From Camelus ferus (Eukaryota), in NCBI RefSeq assembly GCF_009834535.1, contig NC_045697.1, positions 55,368,001-55,432,000 of the forward strand: a stretch of 64,000 nt of DNA, written 5' to 3'. Positions 1 through 11,483 of this stretch are shown here, piece by piece. Position 1 is the first letter of the stretch. The number at the start of each line of letters is the position of its first letter. The position numbers and the translations under genes were made by a program. The notes beneath the pieces were generated by a model. It was not told where the DNA came from and did not search any database. It was given only the letters and a program-made list of their open reading frames with translations.

Positions 1-119
1 AGCTTAGTCTGCTATGCTGATGGCTGAATATAAATGCAGTAATTATTTGGAAGCTTAGCCCTATGAAAAATTTGTGTGTTGTGACAGGGGGGTACCCTGT
101 CCTTGGTAAACCTCTCTCT

Positions 120-345
120 GCTTCTTTGGTATGTACATGGGATTCCTGGAGTTGAAGAAGTCACGCTCCACCACTCAGTCTCAATTCAAACCACTGTTCA
201 CATCCTGTCTACTAACAACCTGTTGATCAAAACAGGTCACATGGCTAAGCCCAAATCAAGGGATAGGGGAGTAGACTTTCCCATGATGAGGTCACAGCAT
301 AGGAGTGAGGAGTATGAATTGAGATCAATATTTCAATCTATTCCA
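120..345 (-). mobile_element. MaLR LTR fragment (MLT1J/K-like)
   Basis: TTGATCAAAACAGGTCACATGGCTAAGCCCAAATCAAGGG resembles the reverse MLT1 core. It ends in CAATCTATTCCA, like the reverse complement of an MLT1 5' end. Confidence 0.6.
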
Positions 346-2110
346 GTCAAAAATAAAAATACTAGATTTTATGACTGAAGAATATTTAACTTGCAAAGAA
401 AAAAGAACTAAAGGATTTTTTAGTTCAAAAAGTATTCATAGTGATATGTAACTGCCATCTTTGAACAATTTCTAAGCATACATTCACAAGAATGGCTTTT
501 ATATACTATATATAAGATGTATAAAATTATATATTAGATATATAAAATAAATTATACTTCTTAGCCACAAAGCCTGGAATAAACCTTGACATAGTACATA
601 AAGATATAAAAGAGTAAATATCCAAGAAGCTATTAACTAGGTAAAGTATAAAGTATAGCATTGCTAATTAATCCTATTAATAGAAGTCATAAAGGCCTTT
701 TGATAAAGGCCCTTTTCTCCAGTGATTTTATGACTTCTATGTATGTTTTGAATAACAATGAATGAAATTGGAAACAAAATGCAAAGGTTTTGTGATTCAA
801 CAAAAAGAAAACTTGGGAAACAATAAGTATTCATTTGGAAATGATAAAATGTTGGCATCTTCATAGTTGAAGTCTTTAAGAGTATTATTTGTAGAACATT
901 ATAAAACTTTAAAAATGAATTTTAATGAATGTTTGTCTTATACTTGTGAAAACATATGTATTTATATCTCAGTTTTTAATGATGGTGGCTATAGAGTAAG
1001 TGATTGAAATATACAAACATTCTATAAATTGAATCCTTTCTTATCATGGCTCTAGACCTTTCCACATCTCTTCGGTATGTCCCCTGTCTGACTCACCCAT
1101 AACTGCTGTATCAGAAGAAACTCCTCGTCTTCTCTGGGCTGGTACATCAAGTTTGGGGAATGTTTAGTCAGTTTACAACTAATTGAAGTTCACATGATAC
1201 ATTCTGTCTGCGTTAGTAAAGAGAACTGCATCTGTAAAGAGAACTTTTTATTTATTTTTTCCAGTGCAGCTTCTACCGAATGTCCATATTCTTTATGTGA
1301 CATTAACTTCTCCTCTGCTGCTCATGTCTTGACACTTCTTGTTCTCTCTCTGACTTGTGCTATGGTTGCTGAATGGTTTTCCATCTCTGAATATCTGGAT
1401 GGGGGTGGGGTTTGGTAATCAGTGTCCATTTTGAGTCATAGCTGAAAGAGATCACCTTCTTCACAGAAGTCGTGAAGTCCAAGAAACCTCCAGCTCAGCC
1501 CCCAGGTGGCTGAAGTAAACTCTTAGCTGTTACATTTATTATGTAGACTTCAAAAGCTCTCCAACTTCAGCTCCTGAACCAGCAGCCCTCACTGAACTTA
1601 ACGTTATTAATTTTGCACATTCAGACCTCTTCTTTCACTTGATGTTTCCTCAAAGATTTTCAAAAATTCTTTAGAATGTCAGTGGGATTTTCCAGTAAAA
1701 GATATGACATGCATTATAGATTTATGTATATTCTAGTGATATTAAACTACGTAATGTGTTGCTCCTTAACTGTAGTTTTACTATTTTATGGTAATATTGT
1801 AAATATAGTAGATACTTTTGCAACTAAAGAGAATTCCTCTGGGTTCATCACACAGTGACCATTTCAGACAGTTGTTGTCTCTTTGTTTTGCTTTGTTTTT
1901 CTCTCTTACTTGTTATTTATCACTATCCGAGTAGCAAGGAAACAGTGAGTACTGTTTACTCTTCAGAATATGGAAAGTGCCTTACAAGTGTCCTGTGTGC
2001 TCTAGGACCTATAATTGCAATGGAGAAAATTGGTTTAGTTAGATTCATTGTAACACTGTGAATCAAGCTAATTGCTGTTTTCAGTGTAGGCAACTCAGTG
2101 CTAATAAGAC

Positions 2111-2152
2111 AAGCAAAATAGCCATTTATTTTAAGCAAAATAGCCATTTATT
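2111..2152. repeat. 22-bp tandem duplication
   Basis: AAGCAAAATAGCCATTTATT(TT) occurs twice head-to-tail. Confidence 0.9.
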
Positions 2153-2479
2153 CATTCAACATGTGTCTACTGACCAGGGACGATTTTAGAACCAAAGAAA
2201 GGATCAAAGGACAGGGAGAGAATTTAATAGGGTAGATCCTCGTTAAATCAAATAATGAGAAATTTCAGGAAAATCCAAATTAAGAATGGTCACCATAGCT
2301 AATAATTTTTAAAATAAAATCTAGGCAGTATTGAATGCCAAATTTGAAAAGGTGAAATTGAAATAGCGATGCCAGACATTTGAATTCTAATTAAGCCTTT
2401 CTGCATCTATCTCATACTCTGTGGTATTCAAATTTCTATTTCCTAAAACTTGCAGATTACTAACCATCTTCCTTACTTG

Positions 2480-2580
2480 AACATAAAATCCTAGAGGGTA
2501 GGCACGGTTGTGTTCAGCAGTAATGTAACAAATCATGGCACATAAGAAGCACTCAACAAACAATTGTTGAGTAAATACAT
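2480..2580 (+). mobile_element. L2 LINE 3' end fragment
   Basis: CCTAGAGGGTAGG...TGGCACATAAGAAGCACTCAACAAACAATTGTTGAGTAAAT matches the L2 3' terminus motif. Confidence 0.6.
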
Positions 2581-2739
2581 TTATTAATGTTAATGATACC
2601 TAAACAAGATGATAAAGTTAGTCTCAACCAGGAGTGCTAAAACCACAGATAGCAAAGTTCTTTTATGTAAACTGGTAAGAGAAATACATGTAGATGTCCT
2701 AAGAAACTTAAGGTAAAATCAACAAGAGAGAAAGATAGT

Positions 2740-2981
2740 GATAATAGCAGTATTTCCATAGTGATTTTTATGTGCCCAGGAGCCTTCTAAGCATTTTACA
2801 TATATTCAGCTCATTCAGTCTTCACAGCAACCCTCTGACATGGATAATAGCATTATTCATTTTATTTTAGATGAAAAATTGAAGGATAGAGAGATTAAGA
2901 AAGTAGCCCAAGCTGATCCAGCTAACTCTTGGCCAATCTGGGATTTGAATCCAGTTTGGTTTCAGAGTCTGCTCTTAACCA
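2740..2981 (-). mobile_element. MIR SINE, near full length
   Basis: Reverse MIR core: ATGTGCCCAGG...CTCATTCAGTCTTCACAGCAACCC...TTTTAGATGAAAAATTGAAG...GGGATTTGAATCCAG...CTCTTAACCA. Confidence 0.85.
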
Positions 2982-4419
2982 ATAGGATACAAATAAAGTT
3001 CTTCAAGACTTCATATAGAGGAAAATGAATCCTGGCAGGGGTGCAAGTAAAAACCTTAGTGGTAATTTATAATTTTGGATCTCATCTCATGGAAGGAACT
3101 GTTCCCAAGGAAAAGTGGTCACTTGAACAATTATTTAAATATCTTTAGAAGAAATTGTGTGTGTTTTGATGAGAATGGAAATCTAGAAACTATTTCTATA
3201 TCTGCTGTACTCTTGGGATGATTCAGAAGTATCACTTTTGAGTATGTTGACAATTACTTAATGCAATATATACTTGTATAGTTGATTCTTTTTCACTGAT
3301 GAAAGTACAACAATGTAGAAGAGAGAGCAATGGATTTGAAATAAAAGGCATTGATTCAAATTTTAAGTTATACAATCTACTATCTCTGTTTTCCTATCTA
3401 AAAAGTGAGTATGATCCCTTAAATTGGGATGTGAGGTAGATAGAAAGCCAATTCCTCTTCTCAATATTTGAAGCAACTGAGAGATGGATAACCAGATAAG
3501 ACACCAAACGTGGTGTACATTGCTTGACATCACAAAGAAATGAGAAGAAAGCATGCAACATACAGTCAATGCCAAGAAAGGTCAAAGACCATGAATATGC
3601 AGGACTCTCTTTTCTCTTACCAATAAGAAGAGAAAATTCTCTTTTGGAGGGGAGTGAGTGAGATCTAGAGGGTAATGCTCTTTTTTGTCATTACCAGTAA
3701 AAGTGCTCAAGTTCCTAGTTTACTGACTTGAGGCAAGGATATAAGTAAAGGGAAAATAAGGTTTCTCCTTAGAGTTGCTGATTTTGTCTTTGTATCCCGT
3801 TGGACTCAAGCTGGTGGCTGCCGTTCAGGGAACAGACAGTAGTTATAAAAACAGTACTATTTTCCACTTTCAAGGATCCTTACAATATGTTAACTACTGC
3901 TTCTTTGTATTTCCTCTTGGAAGAACTAGGGGAAGGCTCACCTTTTGCTGAAGAAGACTGAAATGCATCTGAAAAAGTAAACAGTAACTAACTCCAGGAT
4001 TACACTTCACCTTCGGCCAAAAATTTATTCTCTACTTCTCTTTTTATATCAAATATAATTTATCAAAGATTCCTAATTATTTACATGTACAATTATATTG
4101 GCAAAGATTAAGAGAGTGTCTGTATGGTCAGATACCTGTCTTCAGACTTCCTTTGGCAAGGGGCAAGTGGGCAGCCAGAATGCTGCATGCTGTTTGGAGT
4201 GCCTGCCACACTGCTCCTTCCTTCTAACCTCTCAGTGTCATAGTCATTGCTGGCATCAGGACTAGCCTGGCTGTGCCCCTCTTGGTTATGTTGGTCACCA
4301 CAGATATAGGGGTCTCCCAGGCCACTTCTCATTCCACACACTCTAATCTTTAGACACACTCTATGCCAGAATTAGTAATGGTAACTTACAGACTCCTTCC
4401 CATTTTCTAAACTCTTCCA

Positions 4420-5050
4420 GTTTGCCCTCTGGAATACGTAGTCATCAGCAAATACCTCTCTATTCTCATCCATTTTGAGGTTCCCTTCACTTTCTTCCTT
4501 TAACTAAAATCTGGTTCTTTTCTGCTTTTCTGACAGTTCTTTCAAGAACTGGTGGCTTTCTCTCCCCATCCTTCAGAACCACTGGGCCTGGAGTTGGGGT
4601 ATAACATCCCTTTCCTTCCATATTGTTTCTAGATTAGTCTCTTTTATTCCACTGTAAACAGTAGTTCCAAACAGCATGTCATCAAGCTATACAACCTACT
4701 CCCTTTCCTTGCTGCATCCAACACTTGAAGCACTCTTCTTCCTTCCATGGGAGATTTAGCATGTGGATCTCTGTCACCTATTCTAATACTGCTCATGACC
4801 CAGTTTTACTGATTTTGATATTTGTGTGATCTGTCCAATAGTCTGTCTCCTCAATTTCATGACCAGGTCCTCTCCTATGAAGATCTTGTCCTCTGTCCTT
4901 CCTCAACTGCTTACAAAAGGAATAATTTATCTACCTCGCATGCTCCATTGTGTGCATTATAAAATCTAATACCATCTTGCTCATAGATGACTCCTTAATG
5001 CCTAAACATAACTAGCAAATAGGAGCCATTCAATACTCATTCACTGAATG
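4420..5050 (+). mobile_element. L2 LINE fragments (5' ORF2/endonuclease region, plus a separate 3' end near 4970-5050)
   Basis: TGCCCTCTGGAA...TCATCAGCAAA...TTCCCTTCACTTTCTT...ACCACTGGGCCTGGAGTTGGGGTA resembles L2 internal consensus. An L2-like tail follows. Confidence 0.65.
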
Positions 5051-5112
5051 TGTAAGTGGTTAAAAAGACATCAGCAAATATTTATTGAATAAGTCAGTAC
5101 CATCAGTCTCAC

Positions 5113-6350
5113 TGTTACCGAAGTAAGGTCTGCCTATTCACCACAGGAAAGTCAATACTCCAGAGGCAAATTTTGGTAAAAAGGAAAATTTGCCATATTT
5201 CAGAGGCTAGCAACTAGGGGAGAGGGTAGACTCATGTCCAAAGGCCGACTCCCCACTGACAGTCAATAGGCAAGAGCTTTTAAAGGGGAGTTTCAGGAGT
5301 GTATGTGTGAAGGGAGGGGGCTACATGCAGCTCTGATGATAATCTTGAAATTTGTAATGCAGTGGTCTGATCAGTATCATATTGATTGTTTTAAGCACAG
5401 TTCCAGAGTCGATTTGTTCCTATTTCTTTTAGGCCAGTTCTCATAATTGTGGCAACTTATGTCATGGCTACAGTCTGGTCATCACGTAGTTAACTTCTTC
5501 CACCTGGTGGGGGTTTCAGTATCTATAAAACAGCACAAAGGATATGGCTCAGAATATTATCGATAGCCCTTGAGGAGGAACTAAATGTCACTATTTGGTC
5601 TTGTTTCGTTACCAGGAGGAGAGGAAAAAAGATACCCCAGTTCTTTTTCACCTGAAAAAAAATGAATTTTTAAACAGAAGATTTTATCAGTAAAGTAAAA
5701 AGATAGTAATATATAGTACACCCCAGAGAATTAATTGGGTGTGGGCCAACCCAAGAGAGGAAAAATGGCACTGCTCCTTTGTTTTTCCTGTTCTTATATC
5801 TTGGCTAAGGGGGCATTTTCGTGATTGATTGATTGATTCACAGTCCTTTCAGTGCTCAAGCTCACTGACAGCTCGTGTTTCTTGTGCTCAGGCTGATTGG
5901 TTGACAGTTCACATTCCTTGTGCTCAGGCTTAGGTACACCCATCTCTTTTATGCATGTTCTTACCCATGATGCACACAGAGAAACCTATGGGAGGGGGTT
6001 CAGACTGCAGTGTTAATTACATTATAATGAGCATTGGTCAAGTTAAGCCAGGTCCTTCTCTCTACTGTGCAGCAGCAGCATTTGATTTTGGCCAGCTTCT
6101 TTGCTGGACATCGTTTATAGAACATAAAAGATTTTGAATCCCCTTACCCTGAGCACAGGCATACTGTTATTTTCTGGGTTGCTCCCACTCCCTTTCTCCC
6201 TTTGCTGCCGGGTGCTCATTTCTATCTAATTGCCTAACAATTTGCTTTCTTTTGCTTCTACATTATCTCACTTCTTTGATGAAGTTTATTCCTTGACTAA
6301 AGTTTTTCTACAGACAGAAGGCAGGTGGAGGACGTGGTGGGGGTCTGTCA
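5113..6350 (-). mobile_element. ERV1-class solo LTR, split by a nested LTR (host parts about 5113-5606 and 6240-6350)
   Basis: Starts TGTTACCG. Typical reverse LTR layout (GTAGACTCATGTCCAAAGGCCGACTCCCC, AGAGCTTTTAAAGGGGAG). Sequence resumes after the insert with TTTTTCTACAGACAGAAGGCAGG. Confidence 0.75.
5607..6239 (-). mobile_element. ERV solo LTR nested in the 5113 LTR
   Basis: Termini CGTTACC...CCTAACA. Flanks GTTT/ATTT form a 4-bp TSD with 1 mismatch. Internal GTGCTCAGGCT repeats and an ATTGG (CCAAT) box. Confidence 0.75.
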
Positions 6351-6964
6351 CCAGGATACCAGTCTGAACCAGTTTTCCAGAATTGACAACCTATGCACTT
6401 AAATTTAATTGGGAGAAGTCTCTGAATAAGTTTAGGATGACACCACAGGTACCATGTTGAAATGGAGATAGTCAGAGTTGAATCCCCTCATCATATTGCC
6501 TTCTCACAAAAGGTCAAGACAGATATTTCTGAAAGAGTAAATTTGAATAAATAGATGACTAGATAATTGTACTGTCACTCCAGCCACAGTGCTTTCTGAA
6601 GGCTTTCTTCTCCTAATATTTTAATATCCATCTCACTTTTAATTTATTTTGCTTGTGAGCATTTCCTTCCTAAATGATGATACAACCGTGATCTTCTGTT
6701 AACAGTCAATCCTCAATTAAAGCAGTTACCCCTCAAATTAAATGTGTTCATTCACAGACCCATCCTTATTTTTTTTTGCTAGTCTCTATGACTTTTCCAG
6801 TTCTTAGTCAAATCTCCTGGCCTTTTAGCACTGCACCACAAAGACTGGGACTATATCCTTTCACTCTAAAGATCCCACATCCAGTGGAAGGAATTTTTTT
6901 GGTCCTTACTTTGTCTCAAGTGGAGATTCATTATTAGCAGTTTTCTGACCTGATCTGAAGATGC

Positions 6965-7463
6965 TTTTTTAAAAATTTATTTATTATTGAAGTACAGTCA
7001 GTTACAATGTGTCAATTTCAGATGCACAGCACAATGTCCCAGTCATACGTATACATACATATATTCATTTTCATATTCTTTTTCATTAAAGGTTATTATA
7101 AGATATTCAATATAGTTCCCTATGCTGTACATAAGAAATACATTTTTTATCTGTTTTTATATATAGTGGCTAACATTTGCAAATCTCAAACTCCCAAATT
7201 TATCCCTTCCCACCGCCTTTCCCTTGGTAACCATAAGATTATTTACTTTGTCTATGAGTCTGTTTCTATTTTGTAGACGAGTTCATTAGTGTCTTCTTTT
7301 TTTCTTTCTTTTAGATCCCACATATGAGTGATATCATATGGTATTTTTCTTTCTCTTTCTGGCTTACTTCACTTAGAATGGCAATCTCTAGGTCCATCTA
7401 TGTTGCTGCAAATGACATTATTTTATTCTTTTTTATGGCTGAGTAGTATTCAATTGTATAAAT
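6965..7463 (-). mobile_element. 5'-truncated camelid-type LINE-1 (3' end) with TSD
   Basis: Poly-T, then ATTGAAGTACAGTCAGTTACAATG...GAGTAGTATTC. TSD CTGA(T/C)CTGAAGATGCTTT at 6950-6967 and 7464-7481. Confidence 0.92.
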
Positions 7464-8019
7464 CTGACCTGAAGATGCTTTGAGCTTTGACATTCATAAT
7501 GCCTGGTATCTAAGCAATATCTTTGCAGTGTGGGTCTCCCCCAAACTCATTCTTACCTTTCAGAAATTTGAATGTCCTAGCCCTTGAGGGACTTCAGTTA
7601 CTTTAATGAGAGCAGAAGTATTTCTTCCTGTTATATTATTTCTTCAGAAGGGTGCTTCATTTTTCTTTGTTGTTTCCTTTAGCCTTCCAGCCAAGTTCAG
7701 ACAAGTTTAAAATTAAGCTGCTTTGGATGTTAGCTCCTTTCCAGTTCGAATATATCTCGGGCTACCATTATTTGTAGTTTCAGAGAGCCAGTATTTCTTT
7801 TCCTTTTCCTCTACTTTTTGGACTGGACATTTTATCTCCTAACATCTGGTTTGGATACTGTCTTGCAGGGTTCCTTATAGGGAGTGATACAGAGCCAGTT
7901 CCTTCTTTGTCAGCAGGCAAACATTTGCCATCCCAGCTCACCCAGTGTTGGGTACTGCCACCTGGTACACAACTTTTGATGGGTCCAATACCTACCCCTC
8001 CTTGAACTTCATTTATGTA

Positions 8020-8205
8020 CAGTTAACTCTTCAACACAGGTGTGAACTGTTTAGGACCACTTATAGGCGAATAGTTTTCAATTGTAAATGCTATAGTACT
8101 ACACATTTAGTGATTGACTAAATCTGCAGAAGTGGAACCATGAATAGAGAGAAACGGTGACTAAGGATTACTGCCCCAATCCCCACTTTGTTCAAGGGTT
8201 AGCTG
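8020..8205. mobile_element. Tigger2-family non-autonomous DNA transposon
   Basis: Terminal inverted repeats CAGTTAACTCTTCAACA ... TGTTCAAGGGTTAGCTG resemble Tigger2 TIR CAGTTGACCCTTGAACAA. Preceded by TA. Confidence 0.75.
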
Positions 8206-8475
8206 TGTTGTTTTCCTGTCTAGAACCATTTAGTGGGTCTCGCTTTCTTTGAACATTCCCTCAGAGATAGAGATTCACAATATTACATGACATGAACATT
8301 TACTTCATAGACGATAACCAGCAACACCCCAACTTCAACTGTCACATTCAGACTCTTCTGCTAATCCTCAGATTAAACTATGCTGCTATACTCACTTTCC
8401 TCATCCCATGACCTCAAACTTGACTACACATTAATGAAATAGAGCTGTCCTAATCTTTAAGAAGTAGTTCCAAAA

Positions 8476-8589
8476 TTTATTTCTTTTTTTTGTTATTGAA
8501 GTATAGTTGATTTACAATGTTGCTTTAGTTTCTTGTGTATGGCGAAATGATTCAGTTATTATATATATTTATATATATGTGTGTGTGTA

Positions 8590-8631
<42 letters not shown>

Positions 8632-8991
8632 GATTCTTTTTCAGGTTATTTTCCATTATAATTTTTAACAGCATGTTGAATATAGTTCCCTGTCCTATAC
8701 AGTAGGACCTTGTTGTTATCTATTTTAAACGTAGTAGTGTTTCTCTGCTGGTCCTAAACTTTTAGTTTATCCCTCTCCTACCCCTTTTCCCCTTTGATAA
8801 CCATTAGTTTGTTTTCTTTGTGAGTCTGTTTCTGTTTTGTAACAACAACAACAAAAAAGAAATAACGCCATTTGCAGCAACATGGATGGACCTAGAGATT
8901 ATCATACTGAGTGAAGAAAGAAAGATACATATCATATGATACAACTCAAATGCGGAATCTTAAAAAATGATACAAATAAACTTACTTACAA
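8476..8991 (-). mobile_element. LINE-1 3' end with 5' inversion (minus part 8476-8842, inverted plus part 8853-8991)
   Basis: Minus part runs from the poly-A to TTACAAAACAGAAACAGACTCAC. Plus part runs GCCATTTGCAGCAACATGGATGGACCTAGAG...CTTACTTACAA. Contains a (TG)n(TA)n microsatellite. Confidence 0.88.
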
Positions 8992-10679
8992 CAGTTCTTA
9001 TTGACTGCCTGCCATGGTTTTATGAGACAGGCTCTCACTTGTTTCTTATATCTGGGTTTTTTCCTGGAAATTTCTTTTGTTTCTGAGACCTCTGCTTTAT
9101 TCTTCTGTTAGATTTAGTTCAGCTCTAGTCCTCCTCACTAACCCAGAAATATTTTCTCATTACCTGGTCCCATTTAAAACGCAGTTGGGCAGGTTATGTC
9201 TTCATGTCTTTCACATCTCTCAGCCAGCAGAGTTCACAACTCTGGAAAAAGCTTTCTTATTCTCCAGCATTATTAGCATCCATTCCTCTCTTGTTTTCTG
9301 ATCATACAAATTTTTTTTACCTATGAACTGATGCTTGATTATTTACACAAAACTAACTCCTAGAACAGAGTATTATATGCACAAGCCTCATTAATTTCTT
9401 TCTTAGCCTCTGGATTCCTGATAATTTCATTGAGTATTTCCTCAATCTAAACTAACAACACAGTTTGTCCTTCACATAAGGTCTTAGTCCTCTTTAACCT
9501 CTTTATAGATAAAATCAACCACACTTTTGGAGTTAAACTACAATTTGAGTGATTAATATAGATAAGCTTTATTAAAATTTATAATGAACTCAAGATGTAT
9601 TGAAATAGGGATCTATTAATGTATAAATATGTGTGTATAGGTATACCTTATATTTTAGGATTTCTACAGTCAAGGTTTACTCAGCCCCAATATTCATTAA
9701 AGACCAATGCTGGGTTTAGTTGATGTGGTTTAGTAAATCTTGGGGTTGCTAATTTAATTCACCTGACTCTAGAAGAAAACTGCTGTTAATTATAGTATAC
9801 ATCTTTTCTTATTATTAAAACCAGTTTTTTCTATTTCTAACAGTTCTAGGCTATGAAATGCATTTTGTGAAAATCTCTGAGGAGTTAATACATTTTTAAA
9901 TTCTGCTGAAATACTAAGAATGACTACTTCAACCTTTGCGTATAGAAAATATGTATTACATCTTTACATATTTAAATAGAAATACAAAGAATGCTGAACA
10001 TATACATCATATTCTATAATTTCATCATTTTTATATATGAAACTAAGCCAATAACCAGAAGAACATGTTGAAATATGTAAAACACTACGAAGTTCATGAT
10101 TGCTTAGTGATTATGATTTATAGTCACCTACTTCTGCACCAAATAGTATGTTTGGGAAAAAAATCTGTCAAGTATGTTACTTTCTTTATAGTATTTTTCT
10201 TCTTTGCACGTAAGATAATTGAATTTCCAGTCGGTAAAATTGCACTCTCAGTAAAAAGTAGGCCTTGAATTTGAACCTAGCTTTGTTTGATTGCACAGCA
10301 CATACTCTGATGTAATTTTGAATTCATTGGAGAGGCTAACAGTATATGCAGTGTCCTAAAGTCTAAGCTTATTGAATATAACAGAAACACTGTTTTATTA
10401 ACTGTTCATTATTTTTGGTTATGAAATTAGCCTAAATTGTGTCTTTAACTTCCGTGTGTATGTGATCACTAAGTGGATTTTTAAAACATTGGAGTTGTCT
10501 CTTACCTACCATTTTGAGCATATCCGTGAATAAGTATAATCCTCTTACATAGGCACTCCCTCTAGAAATCTGTCTCAAATTTAACAAGTATCAAGACTGT
10601 TCCATCCATTTTTTTAAATTTTAAATTTCAACACAGCATCCTTTTTCATTCTGATTCTGGTAATGGCTGTTTTCCATAC

Positions 10680-10703
10680 TTTTTTTTTTTTTTTTTTTTT
10701 TTT
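10680..10703. repeat. Poly-T homopolymer
   Basis: About 24 consecutive T. Confidence 0.95.
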
Positions 10704-11294
10704 GCAATGCTCTTTCTGATATCATATTCTTGTGTTCAGTATTTTTTTGGACTCATTATTAGAAGATTTCTTAGTTTCATGAGAATACTGGCCAGAGTAA
10801 ACATTTAGATTATTGTTACCCCAGTATCTTTAAAGGGGAAAGTTAACTTCATTATCATAATTTTATAGGTAGGAGGATACCGTACTGCAAGAGTGAGTTC
10901 ATTTCACCTTAATGATAGTGAATGGTTTCTTCAGAAAAGAGAACCAGTAGAAGGTTCTAAGAAAGAATTCTTAGAAGGTCATCACAGTATACCACAGGAG
11001 ATTTGCAGTGTATTTTTTACAATTTAAAACAATGACTTAAATAATGTGGAATCACCATAGAGTATTGTTTCTGTCTCCAGGTAGAAGTGATGCTCTTAGA
11101 GGTATCTAAGTTATTTCAAGGATTATAATTTTGGTTTTTTTGAAAAATCACATTTTTACAGCAAGATTATTTCCCCCAATTAAGTACTGTTCACTCTAAT
11201 ATCATTATGATGTATTAGATGTGTTATGAGACTGATAAACATTTAAAGGTTGACTTTGCTGTAATGTCCTGAAACTGAGTAAAAGAAACTTTTT

Positions 11295-11483
11295 AAAAGA
11301 TGTTATTTTATTTTATTTTTTAATATGTACCTATGTACATACATACAATCATGCATACCTTTTTTGAGGGGGAAGAGGAGGTAATTAGGTTTATTGATTG
11401 ATTGATTGAGGTTCTGTGGATTGAACCCAGGACCTCACTCCTGCTAGGTATGTGATCTACCACTGAGCTATACCCTCTCTCCC
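11295..11483 (-). mobile_element. vic-1-type camelid tRNA-derived SINE, full length
   Basis: Reverse strand reads GGGAGAGAGGGTATAGCTCAGTGGTAGA (A box)...GGTCCTGGGTTCAATCC (B box)...AAACCTAATTACCTCC, then an A-rich tail. TSD AAGAAACT(T/C)TTT at 11283-11294 and 11485-11496. Confidence 0.88.

Noticed and set aside
1265..1418. Acceptor TTTTTTCCAG followed by a hydrophobic peptide (SAAHVLTLLVLSLTCAMVAEWF) resembling a GPI or transmembrane tail
   Set aside because: No recognisable homologue and no upstream exons in view. Hydrophobic runs are expected from T-rich DNA.
11400..11483. tRNA gene
   Set aside because: The A and B boxes belong to a SINE head with a tail and TSD. No intact cloverleaf is apparent.
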